This document shows positions 38,454 to 47,766 of a DNA stretch of 64,000 nt, piece by piece. The position numbers and the translations under genes were made by a program. The stretch is from an uncultured Planctomycetales bacterium. GTDB taxonomy: Bacteria; Omnitrophota; Gorgyraeia; Zapsychrales; JBDRMG01. The DNA is taken from contig CAYZIY010000006.1 in NCBI GenBank assembly GCA_964478715.1, forward strand, positions 23,186 through 87,185, given 5' to 3'. The notes beneath the pieces were generated by a model. That model was not told the DNA's origin. It was given only the letters and a program-made list of their open reading frames with translations, and ran no database searches. Numbering within the stretch: position 1 is the first letter of the stretch; the number at the start of each line of letters is the position of its first letter.

Positions 38454-38917
38454 AATTGATTGATGGCTTCTTCCGAGAGATTAGGATCAAACCCGCGGCG
38501 CAGTAAATAGCCATATAATCGCTGTTTTCTTATTCTGGGATTCAGCTTATTAAGCGTTTTCATTTTTTTACGTATCAAAATCTCGATAATTTCTTTTTCC
38601 GATGATTGGCATCGGAGAGATTCCATTTTTTGCGAAATTAACTGCTGATCAAGACCTTTTTCAGTCAGTTCCTTTTTTATTCGAAGTGGACCGTATGATT
38701 GGCCATAACGGTTTTCGATCCAGTCCTGTGCGAATTGAGCATCATCAACAAGCCCGGTTTTTTTAAGGTCTTTAAGGACATTTTGGATAATGATTTCAGA
38801 GAACCCCTTTCGCCTTAATCGCTTTTGCAGTTCATTTTCACTGCGAGCGCGGAACTTTAAAAGAACCAGGGCCGCTTGTTTTGCCTGACGAAGCGGCCTT
38901 GGAATCATATCGCTCAT
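38450..38917 (-). CDS. recX: Regulatory protein RecX
   Basis: 155 aa helical-repeat protein. Conserved recX-alaS neighbourhood. Overlaps alaS by 4 nt. Confidence 0.75.
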   Translation of the reverse strand: MSDMIPRPLRQAKQAALVLLKFRARSENELQKRLRRKGFSEIIIQNVLKDLKKTGLVDDAQFAQDWIENRYGQSYGPLRIKKELTEKGLDQQLISQKMESLRCQSSEKEIIEILIRKKMKTLNKLNPRIRKQRLYGYLLRRGFDPNLSEEAINQL

Positions 38918-40423
38918 CTATTCTTGCTTTTCTTTAATGACCACATATCCGCGGTTGGTCCGAAGAAGACAGTCTCCTTGGCATTTTATTGCTTCCAGAC
39001 GGAATTCCTCGGCATCCTTTACGGGTTTATTATTGACAGATGTAATGATGTCTCCTTTGCGTAATCCGGCGTCCCCAGCAGGGGAATCTTCTTCAACGCC
39101 ATTGATCACAACCCCATCGGCATCTCCTCTTCTGAGCCGATCTGCCAAAGATTCGGGAATATTCTGAAAACTCATTCCGCGCCAGGTGTTATCCGCGTCT
39201 CGGTCGTCTTTTTCATCATCGACCAGCACCTGGCCTTCTTCATCGAATAAAGGCCGTTTGCCGGTTTTCAGATCTACGAGCAGGGTTTTCTGATCGCGCA
39301 AGACCTTAATCCTGATTGACTCACCAACGGGAGTTTGGCCTACCAGATTGACAAGATGGGATACGTTTTTGACTTTTTCTCCTTCAATCTCCAAGATCAC
39401 ATCGCCTTCCTGAATGCCGACTTTTTCGGCCGGACCACCTTCTAGGACCTTGCTGACTAGAGCGCCCTGAGTGGAATCCAGATCGAAATAATCCGCCAGA
39501 CTTTGATCAATATCTTGAATGCTGACACCGATCCACCCATATTCGACATCTTCCCCTTTGATCAGGCTTGTAATAATGCGTTTAGCGGTCGTTACCGGAA
39601 TAGCAAAACCGATTCCCTGATATCCGCCGGATGTGGAAAAAATAGCCACATTGATGCCGATGACTTCTCCTTTGAGATTAACCAAAGGACCTCCGGAATT
39701 GCCCGGATTGATGGCGGCATCTGTTTGGATCAACCCTGTATAATTTCGATCCTGGCGGCGGCCTTGCGGTAATGATCGGTTTAGTGCACTAACAACTCCG
39801 ACGGTCACTGTTGGTTCTGGATTGGCGATTAATTGCCCGAAGGGATTACCGATCGCCACAACCCATTGGCCGATTCTGATATCATCCGAATTACCAAGCT
39901 TGGCTACCGGAAGCTTTCCCGCCTCAATTTTGACCACTGCCAAATCGCTTCTCGAATCGGTTCCCACCAGCTTTCCTTCAAATTCACGTCCGTCCGGAAG
40001 GGTCACATTGATTTTATCGGCTTCTCCAACAACATGTTCATTAGTGAGAATATATCCTCGCTGATCGATGATCACTCCGCTTCCCAGCCCATGCTGGCGT
40101 CTTTCGTATTCCGGCAGATTACCGAAGAAATCTTCAAAGAAACGGTCAAAGAAATCGTCATGAAACGGTGAAGAAAAGCGTCGCTGGATATTGTATTTTC
40201 GCTTGACTTCGACGTGGATGGAAACAACCGCCGGGCCTATGGCCTCAGCGACTTTTTCTACAGCCTGGGTAAAATTCCCCTGCTCTACGGTTCTCGCTCC
40301 TTCGTTTTGAAAACCGCCGGAGTTAACAACCGGATTCATTTCCAGACGGGATGATATCATCAGTCCGATGATAATACCGCAAACCAAAATTAAAACAGAA
40401 ATAGAACGTTGATTTCTATTCAT
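38918..40423 (-). CDS. htrA: Periplasmic serine endoprotease DegP/HtrA-like (trypsin domain plus two PDZ)
   Basis: GNSGGPLVN catalytic serine motif, two PDZ domains and a signal/TM anchor. Confidence 0.9.
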   Translation of the reverse strand: MNRNQRSISVLILVCGIIIGLMISSRLEMNPVVNSGGFQNEGARTVEQGNFTQAVEKVAEAIGPAVVSIHVEVKRKYNIQRRFSSPFHDDFFDRFFEDFFGNLPEYERRQHGLGSGVIIDQRGYILTNEHVVGEADKINVTLPDGREFEGKLVGTDSRSDLAVVKIEAGKLPVAKLGNSDDIRIGQWVVAIGNPFGQLIANPEPTVTVGVVSALNRSLPQGRRQDRNYTGLIQTDAAINPGNSGGPLVNLKGEVIGINVAIFSTSGGYQGIGFAIPVTTAKRIITSLIKGEDVEYGWIGVSIQDIDQSLADYFDLDSTQGALVSKVLEGGPAEKVGIQEGDVILEIEGEKVKNVSHLVNLVGQTPVGESIRIKVLRDQKTLLVDLKTGKRPLFDEEGQVLVDDEKDDRDADNTWRGMSFQNIPESLADRLRRGDADGVVINGVEEDSPAGDAGLRKGDIITSVNNKPVKDAEEFRLEAIKCQGDCLLRTNRGYVVIKEKQE

Positions 40424-40450
40424 TGAAGCACCCCCTCCTGCTTAATGGAA

Positions 40451-41473
40451 CTACTTTTTCATCTTTTCCATAATCAATTTTTCAACCTTGGTTAATACTT
40501 TCGGATTTTCCTTAAGAAAAGCCCGGGCGCTTTCCCGCCCCTGGCCAATCTTTTCATCCTCAAAAGAAAACCAGCTGCCCGATTTATTGATTACTTCAGA
40601 TTTGATCCCCATATCAATGACATCACTGATACGCGAGATTCCCTCGCTAAAGTGAATTTCAAACTGGGCTTCGCGAAACGGAGGAGCCACCTTGTTCTTA
40701 ACAACTTTGGCCCGCACGCGGGTTCCGATCATCTCTTCGCCTCTTTTTAAAGATTCGATGCGTCTAAGATCAATGCGGACCGACGAGTAGAATTTCAGAG
40801 CCCGGCCGCCGGTAGTGGTCTCTGGAGAACCAAACATGACGCCTATCTTCATGCGAATCTGATTGATAAAGATCACGCAGGTTTTTGATTTACTGATAGC
40901 CGCCGTAAGCTTGCGCAGGGCTTGGCTCATTAAGCGGGCCTGTAAACCCATGTGGCTGTCGCCCATCTCTCCTTCAATCTCGGCCCGGGGAGTCAGGGCA
41001 GCTACCGAGTCAATGACAATCAAATCGACTGCATTAGAGCGAACCAGCGTTTCGGCAATCTCCAGCGCCTGTTCCCCCGTATCCGGCTGTGAGATTAAAA
41101 GTTCGTCGAGATTGATCCCGATGGTTTTGCCGTAAGCTGAATCAAAGGCGTGCTCCGCATCGATAAAGGCAGCCACACCGGCCATCTTCTGAATTTCTTT
41201 GATAATGCTTAGGGTCAATGTGGTTTTTCCGGAAGATTCCGGACCGTAAATCTCGACCACTCTTCCCCGGGGGACGCCGCCGATTCCTAAGGCCAGGTCC
41301 AGAGATAAGGAACCTGTTGGAATGGCCGGAATATTGAGCGCTACATCACTGTTGAGCTTCATAATAGAGCCTTTGCCAAATTGTTTTTCAATTTGAGAAA
41401 GAGCCAGCTCCAGAGCTTTGTGCCGATTGGAAGCGTCCGGCTGTGGTTGTTGAGCTTTTTTACTCGATTTCAT
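40451..41473 (-). CDS. recA: Recombinase A
   Basis: [10 protein letters not shown] Walker A and canonical RecA core. Confidence 0.95.
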   Translation of the reverse strand: MKSSKKAQQPQPDASNRHKALELALSQIEKQFGKGSIMKLNSDVALNIPAIPTGSLSLDLALGIGGVPRGRVVEIYGPESSGKTTLTLSIIKEIQKMAGVAAFIDAEHAFDSAYGKTIGINLDELLISQPDTGEQALEIAETLVRSNAVDLIVIDSVAALTPRAEIEGEMGDSHMGLQARLMSQALRKLTAAISKSKTCVIFINQIRMKIGVMFGSPETTTGGRALKFYSSVRIDLRRIESLKRGEEMIGTRVRAKVVKNKVAPPFREAQFEIHFSEGISRISDVIDMGIKSEVINKSGSWFSFEDEKIGQGRESARAFLKENPKVLTKVEKLIMEKMKK

Positions 41474-41524
41474 AGGAAACCCCCTTATTACATCTATTGA
41501 TTATGAGCTTGCGACGGATTTTTG

Positions 41525-41553
41525 ATTATACCTAAGCGAATGTTCCTTGTCAA
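41525..41553 (-). promoter_or_regulatory. Near-consensus sigma70 promoter upstream of recA
   Basis: On the minus strand: TTGACA, a 17-nt spacer (aggaacattcgcttagg), then TATAAT. About 45 nt upstream of a GGGGG RBS and the recA ATG. Confidence 0.5.
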
Positions 41554-41628
41554 TAATTTATCGGCATACTAACACTATCAAAATAAAGGAGTTACATTTA
41601 TTCTGTTCAAGCGAATATTATAATAATA

Positions 41629-43425
41629 CTAATTTTTCTTTATGCACTTTTGGTAATCGAAAGGAATGTTGGGCTGGGATTGTGGAAATATTTGCAGGAG
41701 CATCTTGACGTGTCTTTCAGCTTCTTGGCATCGGGCCTCTCGGGAGTAAAGGCCGATTAAGCGATAATGAGCATCGACACTTTGAGGGGCAAAATGAAGC
41801 ACCTCATGAAATAATCGGATAGCCTCCTCGGTGTTCTCCATTTTCTCAAAGGCAAAAGCCAGGTTGTAGAGCACATCCACATCAAAGGGATTGATCCGCA
41901 AAGCTTTATTGTAAGTCAAGGCGGCATTTTTAAGGTCACCCGTGTTAAGATAAAGATTGCCGAGATTGTAAAGGACATTGGTGTCATTTGGTTGAAGACG
42001 TAGAGCATTGAGATAGCTTTCTCTGGCCTGATCCATCTCTCCCCGACGAGAATGAATCGGACCGGATTTGGAGAATGTAAGGAACTCAACGATCTTGGGA
42101 TTTAATTTCACGGGCTTACAGATGGCGAAAACGACGGCAACCCCCAGCAGGCTTGCCGAAAAAGCTTCCCATTTTTTCTTTATCAACATATCAAAAAGAA
42201 AAACAATAGCCGCGCTTTCAAAAATAATCAAAAACGGCAAGATGCTGATCCGGTGTCTGAGAATCAAAAAATAGATGAGAGTAAAAATCAATTGACTTAA
42301 AATCAGAAAGACGATCAGCCAGGCTTTGGGATTCTTTTTAAGGCCAATGATCATCCCCAGAAGCGCTAACGGTAAAATTATGCGAAAACCGTTGTGATCA
42401 AGTTTTTTCTTCCACTGTCTTTGAAAGATCAAATCCAGGTCATAGGTAGCCTGATGATCAATGAAAAAAAGCTTGAGCTTGTTAACAATCAAATCAAAAT
42501 ACCGTTGGGGATTTTCGCGGATAAAATCCACGGCTAGATTTTGCCAATAGGCGGACACCTCTGAGGGCTTGAGCTCTTTGCGGAGCCTGGATTCGGCGAT
42601 GATGCGCGGATCATCCACATGTCCCTGGTGAAAGGGCCTTAAAAACATTGGATTGTTAAATGTGCCTGTGGATTGAGGATTATTGCCGATATAAAAATTA
42701 ATGCCGCTATGGGCGCTTAAAAAAACAAAATCATTCCCCAATTTATAGTTGCGATAGGAAACGGATGCCAGCACAAGTAAAAGTCCCAGAGCGCATAATG
42801 CTAAGCGTTTTGCGATAGCTCGCGCAGATCGGCGTTTGCGAAAAAGAATAAAACAAAATGAAAACATAACGAAAATAAGAAATTTACCGTCGGCGAGAGC
42901 ACCTGATCCCAGAAAAAGACCCAGCAGGAACCAGCGCAAAAAACGGGAATGTTCATCCAAATAGAGGAAGCCGCAAATGACGACACAGCTTAAAAAGATG
43001 ATCAAGGGAACCGGCATCAGGAGCCAGTCATAATAAATCAGCGGAAAGCTCAGCGCGGTTAAAATACCGGAAAGGACAGCCACTTTTTGGCCAAAGAGAC
43101 GTTTGGCAATGACATAGATGAATATTACATTGACCGAACCGAGGACGAGGTGAAATCCGCGAATCAGCTCAATATTATCGCCGAGAAGGCGCATCAAAAA
43201 GGCCAGGAAATACGGATAAAGCGGCATGCCATGGAAGGCGCGTTTAGCCAGACCGGTTTGGGCAATGATCTGGCGGGCCCAGTCCTGATAAAAAAGGACA
43301 TCACTGCTGGGATCATCGATAAAGAAATAGTGAGCCTGCAGGAAAGCGCTGTAAGTAAAGCGCACAGCCAGGGAAACCATAAACAGGATGGCCAGAAAGA
43401 AAATTTCTTTACGATTTGCGTTCAT
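41629..43425 (-). CDS. GT-C fold (ArnT/PMT-like, GT39/GT83-type) membrane glycosyltransferase with C-terminal TPR repeats
   Basis: First-loop motif FIDDPSSDVLFYQDWA and about 11 TM helices. The C-terminal 170 aa are TPRs (VLYNLGNLYLNTGDLKNA...). Confidence 0.6.
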   Translation of the reverse strand: MNANRKEIFFLAILFMVSLAVRFTYSAFLQAHYFFIDDPSSDVLFYQDWARQIIAQTGLAKRAFHGMPLYPYFLAFLMRLLGDNIELIRGFHLVLGSVNVIFIYVIAKRLFGQKVAVLSGILTALSFPLIYYDWLLMPVPLIIFLSCVVICGFLYLDEHSRFLRWFLLGLFLGSGALADGKFLIFVMFSFCFILFRKRRSARAIAKRLALCALGLLLVLASVSYRNYKLGNDFVFLSAHSGINFYIGNNPQSTGTFNNPMFLRPFHQGHVDDPRIIAESRLRKELKPSEVSAYWQNLAVDFIRENPQRYFDLIVNKLKLFFIDHQATYDLDLIFQRQWKKKLDHNGFRIILPLALLGMIIGLKKNPKAWLIVFLILSQLIFTLIYFLILRHRISILPFLIIFESAAIVFLFDMLIKKKWEAFSASLLGVAVVFAICKPVKLNPKIVEFLTFSKSGPIHSRRGEMDQARESYLNALRLQPNDTNVLYNLGNLYLNTGDLKNAALTYNKALRINPFDVDVLYNLAFAFEKMENTEEAIRLFHEVLHFAPQSVDAHYRLIGLYSREARCQEAERHVKMLLQIFPQSQPNIPFDYQKCIKKN

Positions 43426-44155
43426 GAAGCATTTGGGAGATCAGCGCCACCGAAATGATCGCTGCGGTATCGACTTTGAGAGTTGTGGGGCCCAGAGTAA
43501 CCGGTTCGCATTTATGCTTGAAGGCCAATTCCAACTCGTCTTTAGTAAAATCGCCTTCGGGTCCTACAAAGATAATAATCCGCTTAAAAGAATAATTTTT
43601 CTTAAGCAGGTTAGCTATGGTCTTTTGCTTCTCGGATAAAACCGCGATTAAAGCCAGATGGCCGTTGTTATTGATTAATTCAAGGGCTTTGGGGAAAAGC
43701 ACGGGATCTTTGATTTCCGGAACGGTTTTTCGCTGACATTGTTTGGCCGCATTAATTGCGATTGCTTGATAGCGCTGCTTTTTTTTGCGCGCCCTCTCTC
43801 CTTTAAGATTCACTTCACTGCGTTTAGTCTGAAGCGGAATGATTTCATCGACACCGAGTTCCGTGCATTTTTCGATAATGGTTTCAAACTTCGCTCGTTT
43901 GGGAATCGCGCAGGCCAGGCAAATTGGGGGTCGATCAGGTATATTCCTTTGAAAGGCTTGGATTGTTAATTCAACGAGACTGTCAGAGAGCTGAGTGATT
44001 TGTGCTTGCCCCTGGCCCCCTTTTCTGTCAAAAATCTCTATATCATCTCCCTTTTTATGGCGCAAAACATTTTTTAGATGATGGATTTCCTTATGATCAG
44101 TTAATTTTATAAATTTTTGATCCGAGAATATTTGAGGGATGAAGAAACGGTGCAT
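43409..44155 (-). CDS. rsmE: 16S rRNA (uracil1498-N3)-methyltransferase
   Basis: MHRFFIP N-terminus and SPOUT C-terminal domain. Confidence 0.85.
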   Translation of the reverse strand: MHRFFIPQIFSDQKFIKLTDHKEIHHLKNVLRHKKGDDIEIFDRKGGQGQAQITQLSDSLVELTIQAFQRNIPDRPPICLACAIPKRAKFETIIEKCTELGVDEIIPLQTKRSEVNLKGERARKKKQRYQAIAINAAKQCQRKTVPEIKDPVLFPKALELINNNGHLALIAVLSEKQKTIANLLKKNYSFKRIIIFVGPEGDFTKDELELAFKHKCEPVTLGPTTLKVDTAAIISVALISQMLHERKS

Positions 44156-44165
44156 AATTATTTAA

Positions 44166-44238
44166 TGGACCGAGGGGGAGTCGAACCCCCGACCTCCTGA
44201 TTGCGAACCAGGCGTTCTCCCAGCTGAACTACCGGCCC
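44166..44238 (-). tRNA. tRNA-Ala (anticodon CGC)
   Basis: Manual fold. The reverse complement reads GGGCCGG-TA-GTTC-AGCTGGGA-GAAC-G-CCTGG-TTCGCAA-TCAGG-AGGTC-GGGGG-TTCGACT-CCCCC-TCGGTCC-A. G3:U70 identity pair and A73 are present; no CCA is encoded. Confidence 0.85.
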
Positions 44239-44332
44239 ATAATTTATTATTAGAAATCAAACTCAACTTTGAGGCTCCGAGTATATTGGAGAAAGCTTAT
44301 TTTAGCAAAGCTGAAAAATAATAACAAGGACG

Positions 44333-46192
44333 TTATAAATCTTTCGGATTACCAGGATTGCTTCGTTTTCCTTGAAGAATTTCGGATACAGCCCAATACG
44401 CGATATCTTTCGTATTTGATGATGGATTTATCGATATTGCCCGAAGAATAAGTTGAACACCTGCTCCGTGATAGCCCAGATCAATCAATAGGGCTCCCTC
44501 TTCCAAAAGATCATTGAAATGAAATGGAGGATTAAGCATGTCCTTTATCTTGGATCTGTCTCTGGAAAGTATATGCTGTTTTAGCAATTCGAGATCGCTC
44601 TCCTGAGTCTTAACGGCGGTCATCCTTGTTTCGTAATTTTGTGCTTTTTCAGGAAGATCGAAAGTATTCCTTCTCACAAAGATAACATTGGTCTTATTGA
44701 CGAATATAAGCTGCCAATCGGGATCGTGATTCAGATAGTCGATAAATTTCCATAGAAAATGCTTGGCGGTATCCAATAAAACGATATGCAGATTGTGAGT
44801 TTTCGAAAATTGCGGCCACAGTTCTTCATGTGAGATGATGACGTCATAATATTGATCCATGAAATTTTTATCAAGTTGACGACCATCCTTGACCGGTTTC
44901 AGATTGGGATAAGCAGACCACAAAAGATAGCCTCCGTAAACGTGAGAATTAAAGACGGGTCCGGAGATCTTGGTTTCCTTAAGGAACTCAACAGCCTCCC
45001 CAGGATTACCAAAATAGATTGCAGAGCTGTAGAAATTAACTACGCGTCCATCAAGGTAGAGTCTTTTAGTAAATTTGCGATATCCTTGAAAGGCTAAAAG
45101 AGAAATTAAAAGAATTATGTAAAAAGCCGGATGGCGCAGTATAGAAAAAATTTTCTTGTTCATAATTTTGAGGATAAAACTTTTCGAATTCTGGAAGGTT
45201 TCGGTAATGATGACGCATGAAATCAAACCGAAATACACAGATGCTCTTTTCGTATAAAGAAATAAAAATAAAGCAAACATAAAATGCAGAAGAAAAAGAA
45301 AGCGAAATTTCTTATTGATTGCAAGAGAAAAGATTACCAAGGCGATAGTCAGGTGAGCCCAGAGTCCGCTGAGTTTCAATAGATATAATGGAGGCCGAGC
45401 TTCAGCGATAATAAGACTGTATCGGCCATAATGAGAAAATCCGGGCTTAAGAAAGAATTTGAACCAATGCAACACCCCTTTTATTCCATGGGGGTTTATG
45501 CAAAAGGCTAAAAGCAGGAGAGTATAGATTGATATGTTTTGCGTGAGGCGTTTTATTATTCTTTGCTTCTCTGAATCACGAACAAATAATTGAACGAAAT
45601 CATGAAAGATGAAGACGACCCAAAGGAGATTTCCATAAACAAACGCACCGGGGTGGATGTTGTACCAGATAATACCGAGAACCGGAAGCCAAAGAATATG
45701 TTTAGACTGATCGTCTTTTTGGTGTTTCAATAATTGAGTAAAGAATATGATGATACAGGGAAAATTGATCAAAAGCGGACGCAAGAGGCATCGCAGCGAC
45801 AGAGGATAAGATAACAACAGGCAAATGACCAGTAAAAAATAAAAGGATATTTTTTTACGGTAAATAAGAAAAAATAATGCCATTACGCAAATCAAATAAA
45901 TCAATCTGAAAAGAATCAAGCCTTGTAAACCCGCGATACGATAGGTTCCGTAAAGCAAGACATCTCCCAGCCATTGATTATGGATCCAGGGTATTTCTTT
46001 TTCGTTGAATGAAAAGGGATCTACGAGGGGAATAGTTTTATTTTGAACAATCCACTCCCCTGTTTTAAGATGCCACCAGACATCATCGGTTTCAATTGGT
46101 TGATAGAATATCAGGGCAAGATAAGCGATGAATAAAACAAGGGCTGCAATCTGATATTTAGAATGGCATGAACTATGTGGTTTTTCTAACAA
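44333..46192 (-). CDS. Large polytopic membrane protein, GT-C-like (candidate glycosyltransferase) coupled to the pilin genes
   Basis: 619 aa with more than 12 predicted TM helices. First extracytoplasmic loop carries ETDDVWWHLKTGEW...WIHNQWLGD. The C-terminus is a soluble domain. The start is 3 nt after the upstream pilin stop. Confidence 0.45.
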   Translation of the reverse strand: MLEKPHSSCHSKYQIAALVLFIAYLALIFYQPIETDDVWWHLKTGEWIVQNKTIPLVDPFSFNEKEIPWIHNQWLGDVLLYGTYRIAGLQGLILFRLIYLICVMALFFLIYRKKISFYFLLVICLLLSYPLSLRCLLRPLLINFPCIIIFFTQLLKHQKDDQSKHILWLPVLGIIWYNIHPGAFVYGNLLWVVFIFHDFVQLFVRDSEKQRIIKRLTQNISIYTLLLLAFCINPHGIKGVLHWFKFFLKPGFSHYGRYSLIIAEARPPLYLLKLSGLWAHLTIALVIFSLAINKKFRFLFLLHFMFALFLFLYTKRASVYFGLISCVIITETFQNSKSFILKIMNKKIFSILRHPAFYIILLISLLAFQGYRKFTKRLYLDGRVVNFYSSAIYFGNPGEAVEFLKETKISGPVFNSHVYGGYLLWSAYPNLKPVKDGRQLDKNFMDQYYDVIISHEELWPQFSKTHNLHIVLLDTAKHFLWKFIDYLNHDPDWQLIFVNKTNVIFVRRNTFDLPEKAQNYETRMTAVKTQESDLELLKQHILSRDRSKIKDMLNPPFHFNDLLEEGALLIDLGYHGAGVQLILRAISINPSSNTKDIAYWAVSEILQGKRSNPGNPKDL

Positions 46193-46195
46193 AGC

Positions 46196-46906
46196 TTAAA
46201 AACTATGAAGTTGAGGGGTTGTTTGTGTGTGGATTTCGAATCTCGGGTTTGTTTGCTGATCAAGCGGTGTTTGACAGGGCTGGGTGTTGTCAAAGCAAGA
46301 ACGAAGCGTTAAGTCCAAATAAAAATCGCTGACAGCCGGATCGTCATTTCGTTCAAAACTGGTAACAAAACCACCAGCTTCAATGGCAGGGTCGAGAACC
46401 TGGCCCACAACCGGGGCCACGGCAGTGCATATTGTCCATCCGCCTCTGCATCGATGAATGTTCTGTCCTATTTGGGTATAGCAGGTGATCACGCCCAAAT
46501 ATTCTTCAAGGGGTACCTGTAACATGCAGGTATTCGAACACTGATCATTGGCGCCGCTATAGCCGCCGTCGTCACACTGTTCTCCAGCTACCAAATAGCC
46601 GTCTCCGCAAACTGCATCAGCAATAAGTTCCCGATAACGGCTGCGGATACAAAGAGTGGATGCGTCGGGCATGCGGATACCCAAATCATTCGCGTGTCCT
46701 GTGGCCATTTCGGCTCTTTTTGCGATTTCCATCATCAAGCCGGTTGTGCGGCTGGCAACCAGAGCATCACGGGATGCGCCTTGCTGCATTTGCCGCATGG
46801 AAGAATCTGTAACCACAATGCCGATGCCGACAATACCGGCAATGATAGCTACGATAAGCAGTTCGGTTAAAGATAACCCGTTTTTTATGAGCAGACTTTT
46901 TCTCAT
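46196..46906 (-). CDS. Type IV pilin-like protein with a Myxococcus-type cysteine-rich repeat
   Basis: Prepilin N-terminus KNG|LSLTELLIVAIIAGIVG (Glu at +5) and a C-terminal CGDGYLVAGEQCDDGGYSGANDQCSNTC repeat. Start taken at the internal Met (MRKSLL). Confidence 0.65.
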   Translation of the reverse strand: MRKSLLIKNGLSLTELLIVAIIAGIVGIGIVVTDSSMRQMQQGASRDALVASRTTGLMMEIAKRAEMATGHANDLGIRMPDASTLCIRSRYRELIADAVCGDGYLVAGEQCDDGGYSGANDQCSNTCMLQVPLEEYLGVITCYTQIGQNIHRCRGGWTICTAVAPVVGQVLDPAIEAGGFVTSFERNDDPAVSDFYLDLTLRSCFDNTQPCQTPLDQQTNPRFEIHTQTTPQLHSF

Positions 46907-46925
46907 GATTTCTTCCGGAACAAGG

Positions 46926-47321
46926 TCATTCTGTCCAGGTAATATTGAGCGTGATTTTGCGCAGGGCCTTAGGGTTTCCTCCGATAGCGATGTTCGTGCA
47001 TGTAATTTGAACATCTCCGTTAAAGTTACTTAGTTCAGCCGGAAGAGTTCCTGTCCATGATTGAGTGGTTCCCGGAGCCGGAGAGCATGTTAAAGGAAAT
47101 GATCCATCCCAGATGTCCTGATTGACTTTAGACCGCAGCTCTTCCAGTATCTGTTTGCCCAAATGAGCTGCAATGATATCGCGGTCAGAAACGCCTCCTT
47201 CCTGCCGTGTCGCGCGAAGAGCGGTAAAAGTGCCCACAACGGCTACAGAGAAAATCAGAGTCGAGACAAGGACCTCGGCCAAGGAAACGCCTCGAATATT
47301 ATTTCTTAATTTCTTTATCAT
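46926..47321 (-). CDS. Minor (pseudo)pilin, PilV/GspI-like
   Basis: N-terminus MIKKLRNNIRG|VSLAEVLVSTLIFSVAVVG with Glu at +5. Start taken at the internal Met. Confidence 0.6.
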   Translation of the reverse strand: MIKKLRNNIRGVSLAEVLVSTLIFSVAVVGTFTALRATRQEGGVSDRDIIAAHLGKQILEELRSKVNQDIWDGSFPLTCSPAPGTTQSWTGTLPAELSNFNGDVQITCTNIAIGGNPKALRKITLNITWTE

Positions 47322-47322
47322 T

Positions 47323-47757
47323 TTAATTGTAGGGGCAGGCACCGGTGGTGCACCGGGGGTTTATATTGCCTTCAACATCCAGATTATTTTCTGTAACGAT
47401 GATTCGGAAGCGGGATGTATCCGCCAGAGAAGGACTGGCTGCTTCGCAAATAAACATCATACTGTTTCCGCTGCATTCATATTCAACATTTGATTCCGGT
47501 AAAATATTGATATTTAAATTTGCGTTTATGGCTGCCACTCCTTGAGCTCCTCCATTTGGCCAGAATCCACCGAATTTGGCTCGATAAGCCATGTTGGCGC
47601 CGTGAATGATGACCAAATTATTGGTGGCCGTGCGGGCTGAAGCCAGCACCATGCTGCGTTGAAAATTTGGAATCGCCAGCCCGGCGATAATTCCCACAAT
47701 GATGACGACAACAAGGACTTCCGTTAATGTGTATGATTTATGGCTGGTATATTTCAT
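47323..47757 (-). CDS. Type IV pilin-like protein (paralog of the next gene)
   Basis: N-terminus MKYTSHKS|YTLTEVLVVVIIVGIIAGLAIP with Glu at +5, and C-terminal Cys pairs. Confidence 0.6.
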   Translation of the reverse strand: MKYTSHKSYTLTEVLVVVIIVGIIAGLAIPNFQRSMVLASARTATNNLVIIHGANMAYRAKFGGFWPNGGAQGVAAINANLNINILPESNVEYECSGNSMMFICEAASPSLADTSRFRIIVTENNLDVEGNINPRCTTGACPYN

Positions 47758-47766
47758 AATAAAATC

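Noticed and set aside
41474-41628. LexA/SOS box in the recA upstream region
   Set aside because: Neither a CTGT-N8-ACAG nor a GAAC-N4-GTTC palindrome is present. Only a GAACATTCGC half-site-like string occurs in the promoter spacer, which is insufficient to call.
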